A stretch of 63,119 bases of DNA, the filler included, from Octopus bimaculoides (Eukaryota), in the NCBI RefSeq assembly GCF_001194135.2. It is 6 parts of 6 records of this genome, joined end to end, with 100 filler letters (N's around TTAATTAATTAA, not from the genome) between each part and the next. Parts side by side here need not be neighbours in the genome. Positions count along the whole stretch, not along the records: positions 1 to 17,595 come from NC_068983.1; 5 more parts are not named here. One strand, given 5' to 3'. Below, piece by piece: positions 1 through 12,309 of the stretch. The position numbers and the translations under genes are program-made. The notes beneath the pieces were generated by a model, which saw nothing but the letters and a program-made list of their open reading frames with translations, did no database searches and was not told the DNA's origin. The stretch's first letter is position 1; each line of letters begins with the position of its first letter.

Positions 1-83
1 TATATATATATATATGTGTGTGTGTAGACAGCCATAAATACATATATACATGCATATACACGAATTGGTGCACATATATGCGT

Positions 84-129
<46 letters not shown>

Positions 130-300
130 GCCACATAATACGCACACACGCATATACATACATTAGTATACATACATTAACGTGCACACGTACTTATGCT
201 TAAATATATGTGTAAACACTCATGAACATACATGTGAATACATGCACATATTGTCATACAATACGCACAAATGCGGTTTACACACACACATTCTCGTAGA
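1..300. repeat. Compound (TA)n/(CA)n/(TG)n microsatellite
   Basis: Direct reading of dinucleotide runs. Confidence 0.9.
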
Positions 301-327
301 TAGATAGGTGTATGCGTGTAAAAGGTA

Positions 328-1482
328 CCGTAAATGCTCGAGTATAATCCGCATTTTTTCCCCAAAATTTAGGGTTAAAATTCCTATTGCGTACTATATA
401 CGAGGTTAGAAATGAAAAATATTTTCTAAGCAATATCCGAGTCTCTATTTGCTGTCCGCAATGTTTATTCAGACGCATTTTGTGCTGTCGGGCACGAAAA
501 TACCTTAAGCTAAGCCTGAAAGCAATGAAGTCATAAAAGAATCATCCATAATTTGCAGTAAGCAACATTTATTAAAATAAAAGTATTCAGAACACAGANN
601 NNNNNNNNATCATCCATAATTTGCAGTAAGCAACATTTATTAAAATAAAAGTATTCAGAACACAGAATAACATGTAACAAAAACAATTTGCAAAGATATT
701 TACATGCCCATAAAATGCCTCGTAGATCTTATTCAGCTATGTTTAATCTTGAAGTTATATCATATGCTGAAGAGCATGGTAATAGGGCCGCCAGAAGAAA
801 ATCTGGTGTTGACGAAAGCAATGTCAGGTTATGGAAAAGAAATAAAGATGAAATTAAACAGATGCCAAAGATAAAGAAGGCAAGAAGGGGAAAAAAGCCG
901 TTTACTAAAGGTGGAAGGGTTCGCGCTCCCGACCTGACTTTGATATGCAAATGGATCGTGTATGCATGGAATGAACTTGATCCCCAGATTATTGTGAAAC
1001 GTTTTATCAAATGTTGTATATCGTCTGCACTGGATGGTACTCAGGATGACGTTGTATGGAAAGATGAAATAAATGAAAGTGAATATTCTGATGTTGACTA
1101 TGAATCTGATGATGACGGAGATTTACACTACAATAATGCTGACATGTTTACGGAGGAACAANNNNNNNNNNNNNNNNNNNNNNNNNNNNNNNNNNNNNNN
1201 NNNNNNNNNNNNNNNNNNNNNNNNNNNNNNNNNNNNNNNNNNNNNNNNNNNNNNNNNNNNNNNNNNNNNNNNNNNNNNNNNNNNNNNNNNNNNNNNNNNN
1301 NNNNNNNNNNNNNNNNNNNNNNNNNNNNNNNNNNNNNNNNNNNNNNNNNNNNNNNNNNNNNNNNNNNNNNNNNAGAGAAGGGGTGCGTATTATACACAAG
1401 GTTTAGATTTTTCAGAGGTACAGCCCCCTAAAAATCCCCTGCGTATTATACTCAAGGGCGGACTATACTCGAGGATTTACGG
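328..1482 (+). mobile_element. pogo/Tigger-family DNA transposon, internally deleted
   Basis: 25-bp TIRs: ccgtaaatgctcgagtataatccgc (328-352) vs 1458-1482, 23/25 match. TA on both flanks (326-327, 1483-1484). A 17-bp subterminal motif gcgtaytatayncragg recurs at about 390, 1385 and 1441. Confidence 0.9.
715..1161 (+). pseudogene. Truncated pogo-like transposase: Brinker-type DNA-binding domain fused in frame to the C-terminal end of the DDE region
   Basis: MPRRSYSAMFNLEVISYAEEHGNRAA...SNVRLWKRNK resembles the POGK/BrkDBD domain. It runs directly into FTKGGRVRAPD...KWIVYAWNELD...FIKCCISSALDGTQDD, the pogo C-terminus. The frame is open until the N gap at 1162. Confidence 0.75.
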
Positions 1483-1589
1483 TATATAATATAATAACGA
1501 ATGGATCTAGTTTTTTCATTCGCAAAATATGCATTTTTTAAAAAAGAAGTGTGGGGATGAGCCGAAAGAAGAGGGCCATGGCATCAGTG

Positions 1590-4165
1590 GTCAAGGGACT
1601 GACCGGAAGAGGAAGCGTGAGGAGGGAAGTGTGTGTGTGTGGGGGGGGGGACCGATGTGCAACTGGTGCAAACAGATTGGGCATATCGCCCAAAACTCTA
1701 GCCAGGGAAAAGGCCACGAGGAAGTTGTTGCCTCTCAAACTTCCTTCGTGAACGAGTAGAGGCGTTGGTAAAGTCACTGCCCATGGTTGAGGTCGTGGTC
1801 AGGGAAACACGTTCAAGGCCCTCGTGGACACGAGCTGCATGACGTCTCTTGTAACCCCAAGTGTGACAAAGAAATGGAAGGGGGAAAGTAGCGTTCGGGC
1901 GGTCGACAGCAGAGAAATTGAATGCAAGGGTAGCAGCGATGTGGATATAGCGGTGCGGGGCTCAACGCTAAGGCTTCGCGTGATCGGGATTGACCACGTG
2001 GTAGACGGGACCGATGTGGTAATAAGGGATGGACGCAATCGACCGCCTTGGTGATGTCAGTGTTGGATGAGACGTGGTTTCGTCTGGTACCGTTGAGGCG
2101 TCGTGCGCCGTGAATCAGAAATATGAGCGGGAGCAGAGCTCTGCGAGGAGCTGCATTGCTTACGCAATTGAAGAAAAAGATTTTTGAGCGGCGTTCGATG
2201 GTCAACGATGGACGATAGAGTGGCACTGGAAAGAGGGATCCCCCGACGCTGATGAACAAGGTGAGCTGCTATCAGTATGCCCTGAAAGGGCACGCCAGGG
2301 GCGAGTTTGAAGAAGAAGCAGAGAAGTAGATTAATGAAGATATCCTTATCCCGTGGAAAGAGGAGGTAATGAGCGGAGTGCTACCTCTAATGGCAGTGGT
2401 GCAGCCAACAAAGTGCAAAGTTAGACCGGTAGTGGATTTTTGGGAGATGAACGGCCATGTATCGTACCACACAGGTGGCGAGGCGACCGACATCTGCGAT
2501 GAGACGCTGTGCGTATGGAAGCAGTCGATTAAGGCGGGGACGATCGTCGACTTGAAGTCAGCATATTTCCAGTTCCATGCGAGTGACAAACTGTGACAGT
2601 ACCAACTGATGCGATTCAAGGGCCGGACATTGTTTGACAAGGCTGGGTTTTGGGCTGAATTCTGCGCCGAAGATCATGGCAACAGTGCTCAAATCCATCC
2701 TGGGAAAGGTGGATAGGATAAGAAGGGCCAGCAGTTTCTATATAGATGACATCCTAGTGCACGACACCGTAGTGCCCGTCACAGAGGTTGCGAGACATTT
2801 GAAGAAATTCATGTTGATTGCGAAGCCACCGGAGCCAATGGCTGGAGGAGCTGCACTGGAGCTTAAGCTTTAGAGAGACAGAACAGGCAAGATGGTGTTT
2901 CGTAGGGATAACGAGATCCCGGAGCAGGGTACCAACGTCAGCAGGAGAGAACTGTTCNNNNNNNNNNNNNNNNNNNNNNNNNNNNNNNNNNNNNNNNNNN
3001 NNNNNNNNNNNNNNNNNNNNNNNNNNNNNNNNNNNNNNNNNNNNNNNNNNNNNNNNNNNNNNNNNNNNNNNNNNNNNNNNNNNNNNNNNNNNNNNNNNNN
3101 NNNNNNNNNNNNNNNNNNNNNNNNNNNNNNNNNNNNNNNNNNNNNNNNNNNNNNNNNNNNNNNNNNNNNNNNNNNNNNNNNNNNNNNNNNNNNNNNNNNN
3201 NNNNNNNNNNNNNNNNNNNNNNNNNNNNNNNNNNNNNNNNNNNNNNNNNNNNNNNNNNNNNNNNNNNNNNNNNNNNNNNNNNNNNNNNNNNNNNNNNNNN
3301 NNNNNNNNNNNNNNNNNNNNNNNNNNNNNNNNNNNNNNNNNNNNNNNNNNNNNNNNNNNNNNNNNNNNNNNNNNNNNNNNNNNNNNNNNNNNNNNNNNNN
3401 NNNNNNNNNNNNNNNNNNNNNNNNNNNNNNNNNNNNNNNNNNNNNNNNNNNNNNNNNNNNNNNNNNNNNNNNNNNNNNNNNNNNNNNNNNNNNNNNNNNN
3501 NNNNNNNNNNNNNNNNNNNNNNNNNNNNNNNNNNNNNNNNNNNNNNNNNNNNNNNNNNNNNNNNNNNNTAGGGGAGCTGATTGGTGAGTTCAGCGTGAAG
3601 CTGAATGTGGTCTTTGTGCCTTTAGAGAGAAACAAACATTGCGGATGAGATGGCATGTATTCTAAACAAGGTATTCATAGAGCGGGGCCCTGTGGACGAA
3701 TTGCTGATGGACAACAGTACAGCATTTCGTTCAGAGGCACTGAAGGAAATGCTTGACAGGTGAAAAGTGCTCCACTTTTTCAGAGCGGCATACAGGCCGA
3801 GTGGAAATGGGTTCGTGAAGAGACATCATCGCATAATCAAGGCCATGGTGGAGAGGAGACATGTCTCGCCGCCGGAAGCGATGTTCTGGTACAACATGTC
3901 ACCCCGATCAGGCAGGCTGAAGAGTCCGTGCCACATAGAGTGATATTCAAATATGAATGGCGACATTTGAATAAACCGTCGAGATGCCCTGTAGAAGAGA
4001 GAGGGCCTGACTTCGTGGAGGTAGGATATGAAGTTTGGGTCAAGCCACCAAAGGCACGCAGTGGAACAGAGGAATAGTGACGGCTGTCAATTCCAAAAAC
4101 ATCTCTGTGGATGGAATGCCGCGTCATGTCTTGGATGTTGGTAGAACTGTCGCTTCGTCGGATGA
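1590..4165 (+). mobile_element. Ty3/Gypsy LTR retrotransposon internal region, decayed (gag end, protease, RT, integrase)
   Basis: Degenerate zinc knuckle CNWCKQIGHIAQN; protease FKALVDTSC; RT LGFGLNSAP...YIDDILV; integrase GPVDELLMDNSTAFRS...AAYRPSGNG. Order PR-RT-INT, with stops, frameshifts and a 611-N gap. No LTRs identified. Confidence 0.85.
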
Positions 4166-4533
4166 TGATTGTGGAGAAGAAGAAGAGAATGAGATATTTA
4201 GTAGATATGTTTTTTAAAATGGTGTCAAATAAATAATTAAATAAGGAAACGGGTGTAAAGCTTATGCATATATATATATACATATAAAGGTTATGAAGGG
4301 TATTGGAGTCAACCAAACCCTAAAAAATACAGGTAATACCGAGTAAGTTCTGTATACCGACTAGTTTTGCCCCTGTCGTGGTTGCAACATGAGTGGGGAA
4401 TATAACATGGGTCGTGTATTTGCGTGTGTATATATAAAGAAATAAGATAGAGACCAATGGCAAAGTTAGAATTTTATTTTATGTATATAATTCTAAGGTA
4501 GAAAATGCTAAAATAATTTTATAAAAAACATTT

Positions 4534-4569
4534 CAGTACCGGTTTTAGTCACTGAGACTTTTTCAACTG
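4534..4569 (-). ncRNA. Degenerate minimal hammerhead-like motif at the PLE 3' end
   Basis: Minus strand reads cag-UUGAAAA-AGUC(UCAGU)GACU-AAA-ACCGGU-A-cug. Stems I, II and palindromic III are intact; core C3, G8 and G12 are substituted. Confidence 0.4.
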
Positions 4570-4730
4570 TAAGTATGGAAAGCAATTAAATTTTGGAAAA
4601 ATTAAAAGAAAAGTTTTTTAAAAGAATATTTGCATAGTGTTCAAATACAAGGGGCATTTTCCTTGTTTCTACTTGTTTCTGTCTCTCTTGTTTACTCTTG
4701 TAGATTCAAGGTCGTTGTGAATTCTTAGTA

Positions 4731-4824
4731 AAGAAGAAGAAGAAGAAGAAGAAGAAGAAGAAGAAGAAGAAGAAGAAGAAGAAGAAGAAGAAAAAGAAGA
4801 AGAAGAAGAAGAAGAAGAAGAAGA
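4731..4824. repeat. (GAA)n trinucleotide microsatellite
   Basis: About 31 near-perfect GAA units. Confidence 0.95.
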
Positions 4825-7800
4825 ATGCGGGAGTGCCATGATAGTAGTGTGCTAAATGCTCAAGTGCCCTAAAAGTGACCCGCTGTCACCCGTAGTAGAG
4901 GTTGAATTCCTGAAATATCTCTTTTGGATGTTTTGTTTATAAAATTTGCGTAGGTGTTATTATAAACAGCAATAGTGGTAAACTTAGGAAGGAGGTGACG
5001 GAGAGGAAGAAGACGAAGAAGAAGAAGAAAGAGAAGGGAGAATAAGAAGTAATGTAGGTTGTATGATAGTAGTAAGGTGTTAAATGGTCAAGTGATCTAA
5101 AAGTGGCTCATTATGGATTATAGCAGTGATTAGGACTGGGAATCTCTTGAGTGTATCATTTTAAATATTTGCGTGTGTGTTTGTGTTATTCTAAGGCCGT
5201 GGTGGATATGTCGTTTGTTGTAGACGCGTTCAAAAGGGGTCTGTATTTTGTAATAAAGAGAGTCTCTTTACTAATTCGTTGGCTACAGGTTGTATCGTCT
5301 CTGAATTGGTAGAGGAGAAAAATTCTGAAGCTTGGATTTTTGTTATTGGCGTAAATATCTATGTGTTGGCTGAATACTATTTTTCTGTTTTGGTGAATTT
5401 TTGATCTGGGATCTGTGCAGAGCCATTCTTTTACGTAGACTGTTTTTTGTTTGGCCTATGTATTGCTCTTGACACCCAGAGCAGGTTAGTGCGTATATCA
5501 GGTTCTCTGAAGCACATGTGAAGTTGCTTTTTACTGTGAAACGTTGTCCCTGTTTGAAGGAGAACTCTGATCTCTCAATTAAATTGACGCATATCCCACA
5601 GTTGGGTCTTCCGCATTTTCTACTGACGGTTTCTGTGTTGTTGTTGAGCGTATTCAGGCTTGTGTTAGGAGACTTTTCATAGATTTGGATTGTCTATTGC
5701 TTTTTATGATGGTGTGTGTTTGAAGGATTAAGTTCATTCTGTGGTCCTTTTTTAGCAGGGGAATGTTTTGAAGGATGGTGTCGAAGGCTTCATTGTTGAA
5801 AGGGTTGTGCGTGGAGATGTATGGTAGGGCTTTTGGTTGTAAATTCTTCTTTAATTTGGGATGTCTGAGTTCCTGGATGTTGAGTTGAAGGGCATGTTGA
5901 AAGCATATGTCAATTAGTGAAAGTGGGTAGTTCCTGGTGATGAGTGTATCCTTTAGTTCATGTAGTCGTGTGTCTCTGGTGTTTGCATTAGAAACTATAG
6001 TACATATCTTTTTGCTAGGTTGAAGGGGATATTCATTCTGGTGTGTCTGGGGTGGCATGAGTTGGACGGTAGACATTGCTTGAAGTCCGTGGGCTTATAG
6101 CATATATCTGTTTCTATTACGTTGTTAGATTTCTTAATGAGGATGTCAAGGAAGGGAAGTTGTTGCTGGCTATATTCCATCGTGAATTGAATGTTTACGT
6201 CAAGTCCATTTATAAGTGCTTGGAATTCTTTAAGTTTCTCTATATTTTCATGCCAAATAATGAAACAGTCATCCAGGTATCTCTTCCAGTTATTTTCTAT
6301 GTAGAGGGAGAATGGGCTGCCGTATTTTTCTAGAACCTTACGATAAAGACTAATTTCTAGATATCCCATGACTTGGTTAGCAAGGGAGGGAGCCATTCTC
6401 GTACCCATCGCAGTCCCCGATTTTTGTGGGTAGAAGTTGTCTTTGAAGACGAAGTAGTTATTTTCCAGGATGAATTTTAGCCCTTCTATCACGAATTCTT
6501 TTTTGATGCGATGTGGGAGTTCGTTGGCGTAATTCTCTAGCCAGAATTGAATTGCATCTATTCCTAAGTTGTGGGGATATTGAAATAGAGGTTGACTACA
6601 TCGAAGAATACTAGTAGGCTGTTTTTGCTTATTATTTCAGGAAGGTGATTGAGCATATCCAGGTCGTCCCTTATATAGCTTTTGACATGCTTGGGGAATG
6701 GTTTTAAGAGGGTATCTAAAACGTTACTGCGGCGGTGGGTTTCGCATGCGGGACCTGCTATTATAGGCCTCAATTTGAAGTCATTAGGAGTAGGGACTTT
6801 GATTCTTATGTCTGTGGCTATCTTGCATGCGTTACTTATTTTCTCGCTTTTGTGTATCTTGGGAATACCGTAGAATTGACTGGTTTTACTTTTGAAATTG
6901 GTCATATAGTCATATTCTTTGTCGGTGAGCCCTTCTCTGTATAGGTTTAACATGGATTTTAGGTCTCTCATTATTTTCTGCTGACTGTAGTGTTGGGCCT
7001 TTTCATAATATGTTGTGTCTTCCAATATGGATATTACTAGAATTATATAGAATACCGTGTCCATTAAGACAACTGCACTCCCTTTATCAGCCTTTTTGAT
7101 TGTTATTGATTTGTCATCTTTTAATTTGCTCAGCTAAGCCCATTCTTTTTTGTTTGTGCATATGTTGATATGGGTAATTCCAGATGTGTTCACAGAAATG
7201 ATCAAGAGTTTTGTTCTTACCTTTTGAGGGGATGTAGTTATTTCTATTTCGGATCAACGATTCGTCCTCGTTGTATTTGTCGTATAGCTCCTCAGCGAGT
7301 CGTAATTTTCTACAGAATTCCGTGATATCTTCTTTCATTTCATTGTAGTTGGGGTGTTGTGGGGTGGGTGCAAACTTGAGCCCTTTGGAGAGTATATTGA
7401 TTTGGTTTGCTGTTAGTTCTTTATGGGTTAGATTGATAATTTTTATCACTTTTGGTTCCTCATGTCTGNNNNNNNNNNNNNNNNNNNNNNNNNNNNNNNN
7501 NNNNNNNNNNNNNNNNNNNNNNNNNNNNNNNNNNNNNNNNNNNNNNNNNNNNNNNNNNNNNNNNNNNNNNNNNNNNNNNNNNNNNNNNNNNNNNNNNNNN
7601 NNNNNNNNNNNNNNNNNNNNNNNNNNNNNNNNNNNNNNNNNNNNNNNNNNNNNNNNNNNNNNNNNNNNNNNNNNNNNNNNNNNNNNNNNNNNNNNNNNNN
7701 NNNNNNNNNNNNNNNNNNNNNNNNNNNNNNNNNNNNNNNNNNNNNNNNNNNNNNNNNNNNNNNNNNNNNNNNNNNNNNNNNNNNNNNNNNNNNNNNNNNN

Positions 7801-8386
7801 NNNNNNNNNNNNNNNNNNNNNNNNNNNNNNNNNNNNNNNNNNNNNNNNNNNNNNNNNNNNNTATATATATATATATGCATATATATGTATGTATGTATGT
7901 ATGTATTCGTCCATCATCTTGAATTACATTTATTTACTTTCGTATATCTATTTCTGTATCGCATGTATTCCAAGTATTGTTTGTTCTCGGTCCAATATTC
8001 TCCGCAACTTTCGCGGGCACCATTATTGGTGCGAAACTGAGTAATACCATCTGATTGATAACAGACGAAGAATTTTGGACCTTCTGTTTTTGCTTTCCGC
8101 CCATTTGTACAGTCAGTATACGTTTTTCCGTTCGTCTGTGCATTCATTATACTTTTTTTACTGTTCGTTTGTGCATTTGATATACGTTTTTTCACTTATT
8201 AAGTAATGGATTGCAACGGACCTTGGTTTTTATGAGCAGTAAGTTATATACACACACACATACACACACATGCATATACATATACACACATACACAGATA
8301 TGTATGTACACACTTATAAAGGATATGGAGTGGGCTGAATTGCACGAAATTGGCATAGATATATCAGGATAGTTAAATAAAATAAT

Positions 8387-8638
8387 ATGAATATGACATA
8401 CATAGGAGAAACATCTAGGAGCATTGCGGAACGACTAAACGAACATTTGAGACAATATGACGACAAAAAACAGTCCTCCATACTCTACCAACATGCCAAA
8501 GACCAGCATGGAGGCAACTTGGGTCAACTTGACATCTACATATTATCCAAGCACCCAAAAGACCCAACTCTAAGACAAATACGGGAGTACGTCCTTATAA
8601 AAGAAACTTCCCCAATACTAAATAGGAAATATACATAG
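8387..8638 (+). mobile_element. GIY-YIG endonuclease fragment of a 5'-truncated Penelope-like element
   Basis: TYIGETSRSIAERLNEHL...ILYQHAKDQH...LRQIRE..LI....P.LNRK. Confidence 0.8.
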
Positions 8639-8681
8639 ATATCATACCCCCATACCCACATTTTACACAGGNNNNNNNNNN

Positions 8682-9230
8682 GTGTGTGTGTGTGTGTGCA
8701 TGTACATGTATGTATATGTAAACAAACAGGTCTACATACAGACGGGTAGGTACATAGGGTATATGAACAGACAACCACATACGCAAATAGAGACTGAAAC
8801 ACATGATAAACATATACACACACACTTTACTTCACACAAAGACACATGTCCACACATATGGAGATGTGCACCCATACATACAAACATAGCACATAGCAGC
8901 AAAACACACACACACACGCACACACACACTCACGCACACACACACGCACGCACACACACACACACGCACACACACTCACACTCAGACATGCACACACAAG
9001 GAGACAGAGGTACATACATACATATACTCACATGCACACACATACATAAAGAACACAAAACACAGGAATATGCAGAATACATACATACATACATGCAAAC
9101 GCATACACATACATACATATGTGCATACACACACATACATACATATATACATATGCACACACACAGACATACATACACACACATGCACACATACATGCAT
9201 GCATACATACACACACTGTGACACACGCAT
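8682..9230. repeat. Compound CA/CATA microsatellite
   Basis: Direct reading. Confidence 0.9.
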
Positions 9231-9769
9231 GCGCAAAAACAAACAAAAACAAAAGAGAACGCAGCGTAAATAACGGACAGTCAAGACTATTGATAAGGTT
9301 GCAAGAGGCAACGAAAACTTTAGGAAAATAAAAGGAAATAAGTGGAAATTTTAACGGTGAGTGTGTTAAATTTCAAGGCACAATAAGAAAATGACTCTCC
9401 CCAGACATAACTAAATAAAATAAGATATGATAATGAATTGTTTCTTACTGTCAGATGGAATGCTCAATGTTCTCTTGTATAGAAGTAAGCTATGATGTAA
9501 AGTTAAGGAGAGAGTGGTGTGCAATTTCCTCATACTGCAGTTGATTGAAAGTCACGAAGAGGAGAAAGTGGGTTTCAAGCTCTGGAAGATGCAAGGTATT
9601 GTGGTGTATAACAAGTGTGCAAAGGTCGGATCCTGTATATTTGGATACTTGTAAAGAAACTTATAGCACTGGTACAGATGATGGTCTGCTGGTGAGGTAA
9701 AGGGTAGACGTAAGAACATTCTAAGGGTTGCTAAGAGCATATCAGGTAATTAACCAGTTAGCAGTTTGA

Positions 9770-11850
9770 AGAATTTTAGAAGGGACTTCCTTTGGTAGGT
9801 ACATGAGGAAATCAACTCTGATTTGAAGTTTCAGTCTGAGCAGTAGAGTTACGATGTTAAATTTTTTTGCTAAGTAGAGTTGACACTTGCCACCGATGGA
9901 ATGTGCTGGATCCGATACTATAATGGTCCATTTAATTCTACAGTTATCTCCTTTGTTTCTTAAACTCCAAATATATTTTGAGCGAATTGTTGCAGATTTT
10001 TTGTCCTCATATTTGAAGGTGTGTATGTCGAGTATACCTCGATTTAAAAGTGTTCTCAGTAAGACCTATACACCATTCTGTATTATTGCAGTTATCATTA
10101 GAAGCTAACACTTCAGTGCAATAAACGACGTTTTTCTGAAGGCATTTACCGTATAACGGACATGTACCTTTAAGACAGTTAGAGGGAGGATTTAGCTTTT
10201 TCTATTAATTCCAGCTAAAGAAGAAGCAAAGTTTTCCGTGTAGCTTGTAACTAACTTTTAGATTATATCTATTAAAGATCTTATGAAATTTGTAGTTGTT
10301 AGGAAAATGTATGCTTACTAAATTCAGGAAGGTCCTGCAAATATTGGTTTTTACACTTAAGCTGAAAGGTGAGTTGTACCACATAATTTCTCTCTTCCTG
10401 GTTCTCGTAGTGTTGGTATTATTTTGCTGAGGGGTGTAAGTTATTGTTTTAAAGTCACTTCTTTTCAAGGCATCGTTGTAAAATTTACCTGCACAGTCAA
10501 AATTTTCTTTATTGGAAGAGATCTTAGATTTCTTTTGCTATGTTTGTAGGTAAATTTTTGATAATACTAGGTGGATGATTTAAGTGCATATTAATATCAC
10601 CTCATTGGACTTTCTGTATGGGCTATAGGATCCTATATTTAGATTCATCGTAATATCTAGGAAATTAAATTTGCTGGAATTAGTACTAATAGCAATTTTG
10701 AGGTCAAGCATTTTAAATATATCTATTAGGACTTTTTTAAGGCGGTCCAATTGGTGGCCGTTTTTGTTAAGCGTTAAGATAAGGCCGTCGTCTCCATATA
10801 AGTGTAGCGACCGTGCGACCAGGAGATGGTGACGAAGGAATGGCTCCTTTAGCGCATCGCACGGTCGGCACAAATATATAAAACAAAAAATGGAATGAGG
10901 TAAAAATGAATTAAGTGCCAACACGAAAAGAGAGAGACTCAACCGGTAACAATGTATAAAAATAAGTTTTATTGGTTGTCAACTAGAATGCCTGTGTGAG
11001 TGTGAATGCGACATAATAAAACACATTATAAGACAGGCCGTCGTGTAAACAAAGTGTGTGTGTATACAAATATGTGTATGAATGAAAGAGATACAGAGCA
11101 TAGAAAACAGTCTATAATAAGGACGTGAAAAGAAAGTCCAGACACAAGGATGAGAAACACCAGTTCGTAGCTAAGGTACACAGTAGTTGAAGTGCTGTAC
11201 CAAGAGGTTGTGGTGTTGAAGGCAGAGCCGATGTAAGACACATGTCGTGTAAGAAGTTGAGGCTTCAATGCTGTGGCCGGTTACTTGGTACAGAAGTTCT
11301 CGCAGGTTGAATTTGCTGTTATTCATGGTGAAGCAATTCACACAAACAGTGTGGAGAAAGTTGTTAGCGTTGCTGGTTTGATGTGTAGGTTGAGACGTCG
11401 GTGTAGACGCTGGCGACGAAGACGCTTGTAGTAAACAGTTAGTTGAACGGTGGTGTGTCGTCGCTGGAACTGGCTGGTGCTCTGTGGTCAGCGGCTAGAC
11501 CTCAGAAGGTCCAAGGCTGCGATAAACTTTAGCGCAGACAAGCTACCTATTTATGAGAAATAATCGGCTCAAACAGGGGTCCAGAAAACTGTTCCACGTG
11601 ACCTTATCGGAAGGCTGCGATTGGTTGGTTGGCGCGAAATAGAACAAGATACAGGAATGCGCCAATACCAACCAACCAGAGTGGTGGACACAACAGGGTC
11701 CAAAGATGCGGCCGAAGGCTAGATGTTATCTGCTACGTCCGTATTCACAAATATATAACTGAGAGAGAGAGAAGCTTCGCTACATAAGCCTAACTCTATG
11801 AAACTCAAATTAGAAACTGTTTTGTTTAAAAGAAATAGGCTTATAAGGTT
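9770..11850 (-). mobile_element. Penelope-like element (second lineage), 5'-truncated, interrupted by a solo LTR
   Basis: Removing 10803-11784 plus one TSD copy restores NLSFIELGLYGDDGL. This is followed by FLDITMNL and IMWYNSPFSLSVKTNI...HFP..KIFNR..KVSY, then a GIY-YIG region KCLQKNVVY...IGLTENTFKSRY (about 10050-10160). Confidence 0.8.
10803..11784 (-). mobile_element. Solo LTR (982 bp), probably Gypsy-type
   Basis: Termini TGTAGCGA...TCGCTACA (8-bp inverted repeat) with a perfect 4-bp TSD TAAG at 10799-10802 and 11785-11788. Orientation inferred from a minus-strand CATAAATAG (about 11550) upstream of a minus-strand AATAAA (about 10970). Confidence 0.85.
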
Positions 11851-12309
11851 GCAATATACGCTACTCAGTTATATTTCATATATCATTATCATTTATTACT
11901 TTTATTACCTTCATTATTATAATTATCACTTCATTATTATCATTTTGTTAATATCAAATTCATTATTACATTATATAACTTTTACACGTATACACCCATG
12001 TATCTAAGAGCATATGTGTGTAAAGCACATCTGTGCATATTGTATGGCAATACGTGCATGTATTCGCATGTATGTTCATGAGTGTTAATACATATGTTTA
12101 AATATGAATACGTGTGCGTATATTCCCGTTAATGTACGCATTCTTATGTCTGTATACGCGTGCATTTGCTTACATATATGCACGTGTGTGTATTATGTGG
12201 CAGTGCCTGTATATATCTATGCATATATGTGCGCCGATGCGTGTATATGTATGTACACATGTATTTATGGCTGTCCCCGTGTGTATATATGTACATGTGT
12301 ACATGTAAA

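Larger units (their letters stand above)
4330..7468 (-). mobile_element. Penelope-like retroelement (RT + GIY-YIG endonuclease), decayed
   Basis: Minus-strand pieces: IINLTHKEL...LSKGLKFAPTP; RPIIAGP; FDVVNLY; GTAMGTRMAP; WKRYLDDCF; PFLDILI; then KCGRPNCGIC and LIYALTCSGCQEQYIGQT (about 5400-5630). Multiple frameshifts. Confidence 0.9.

Noticed and set aside
541-666. Apparent 58-bp direct repeat
   Set aside because: Identical copies separated by exactly 10 N: an unmerged contig overlap, not biology.
8682-9331. Long His/Thr- or Cys/Val-rich ORFs (also 35174-35677, 52214-54164, 57948-58294, 62457-62992)
   Set aside because: Translations of CA/TG/TA microsatellites, which lack stop codons by composition.
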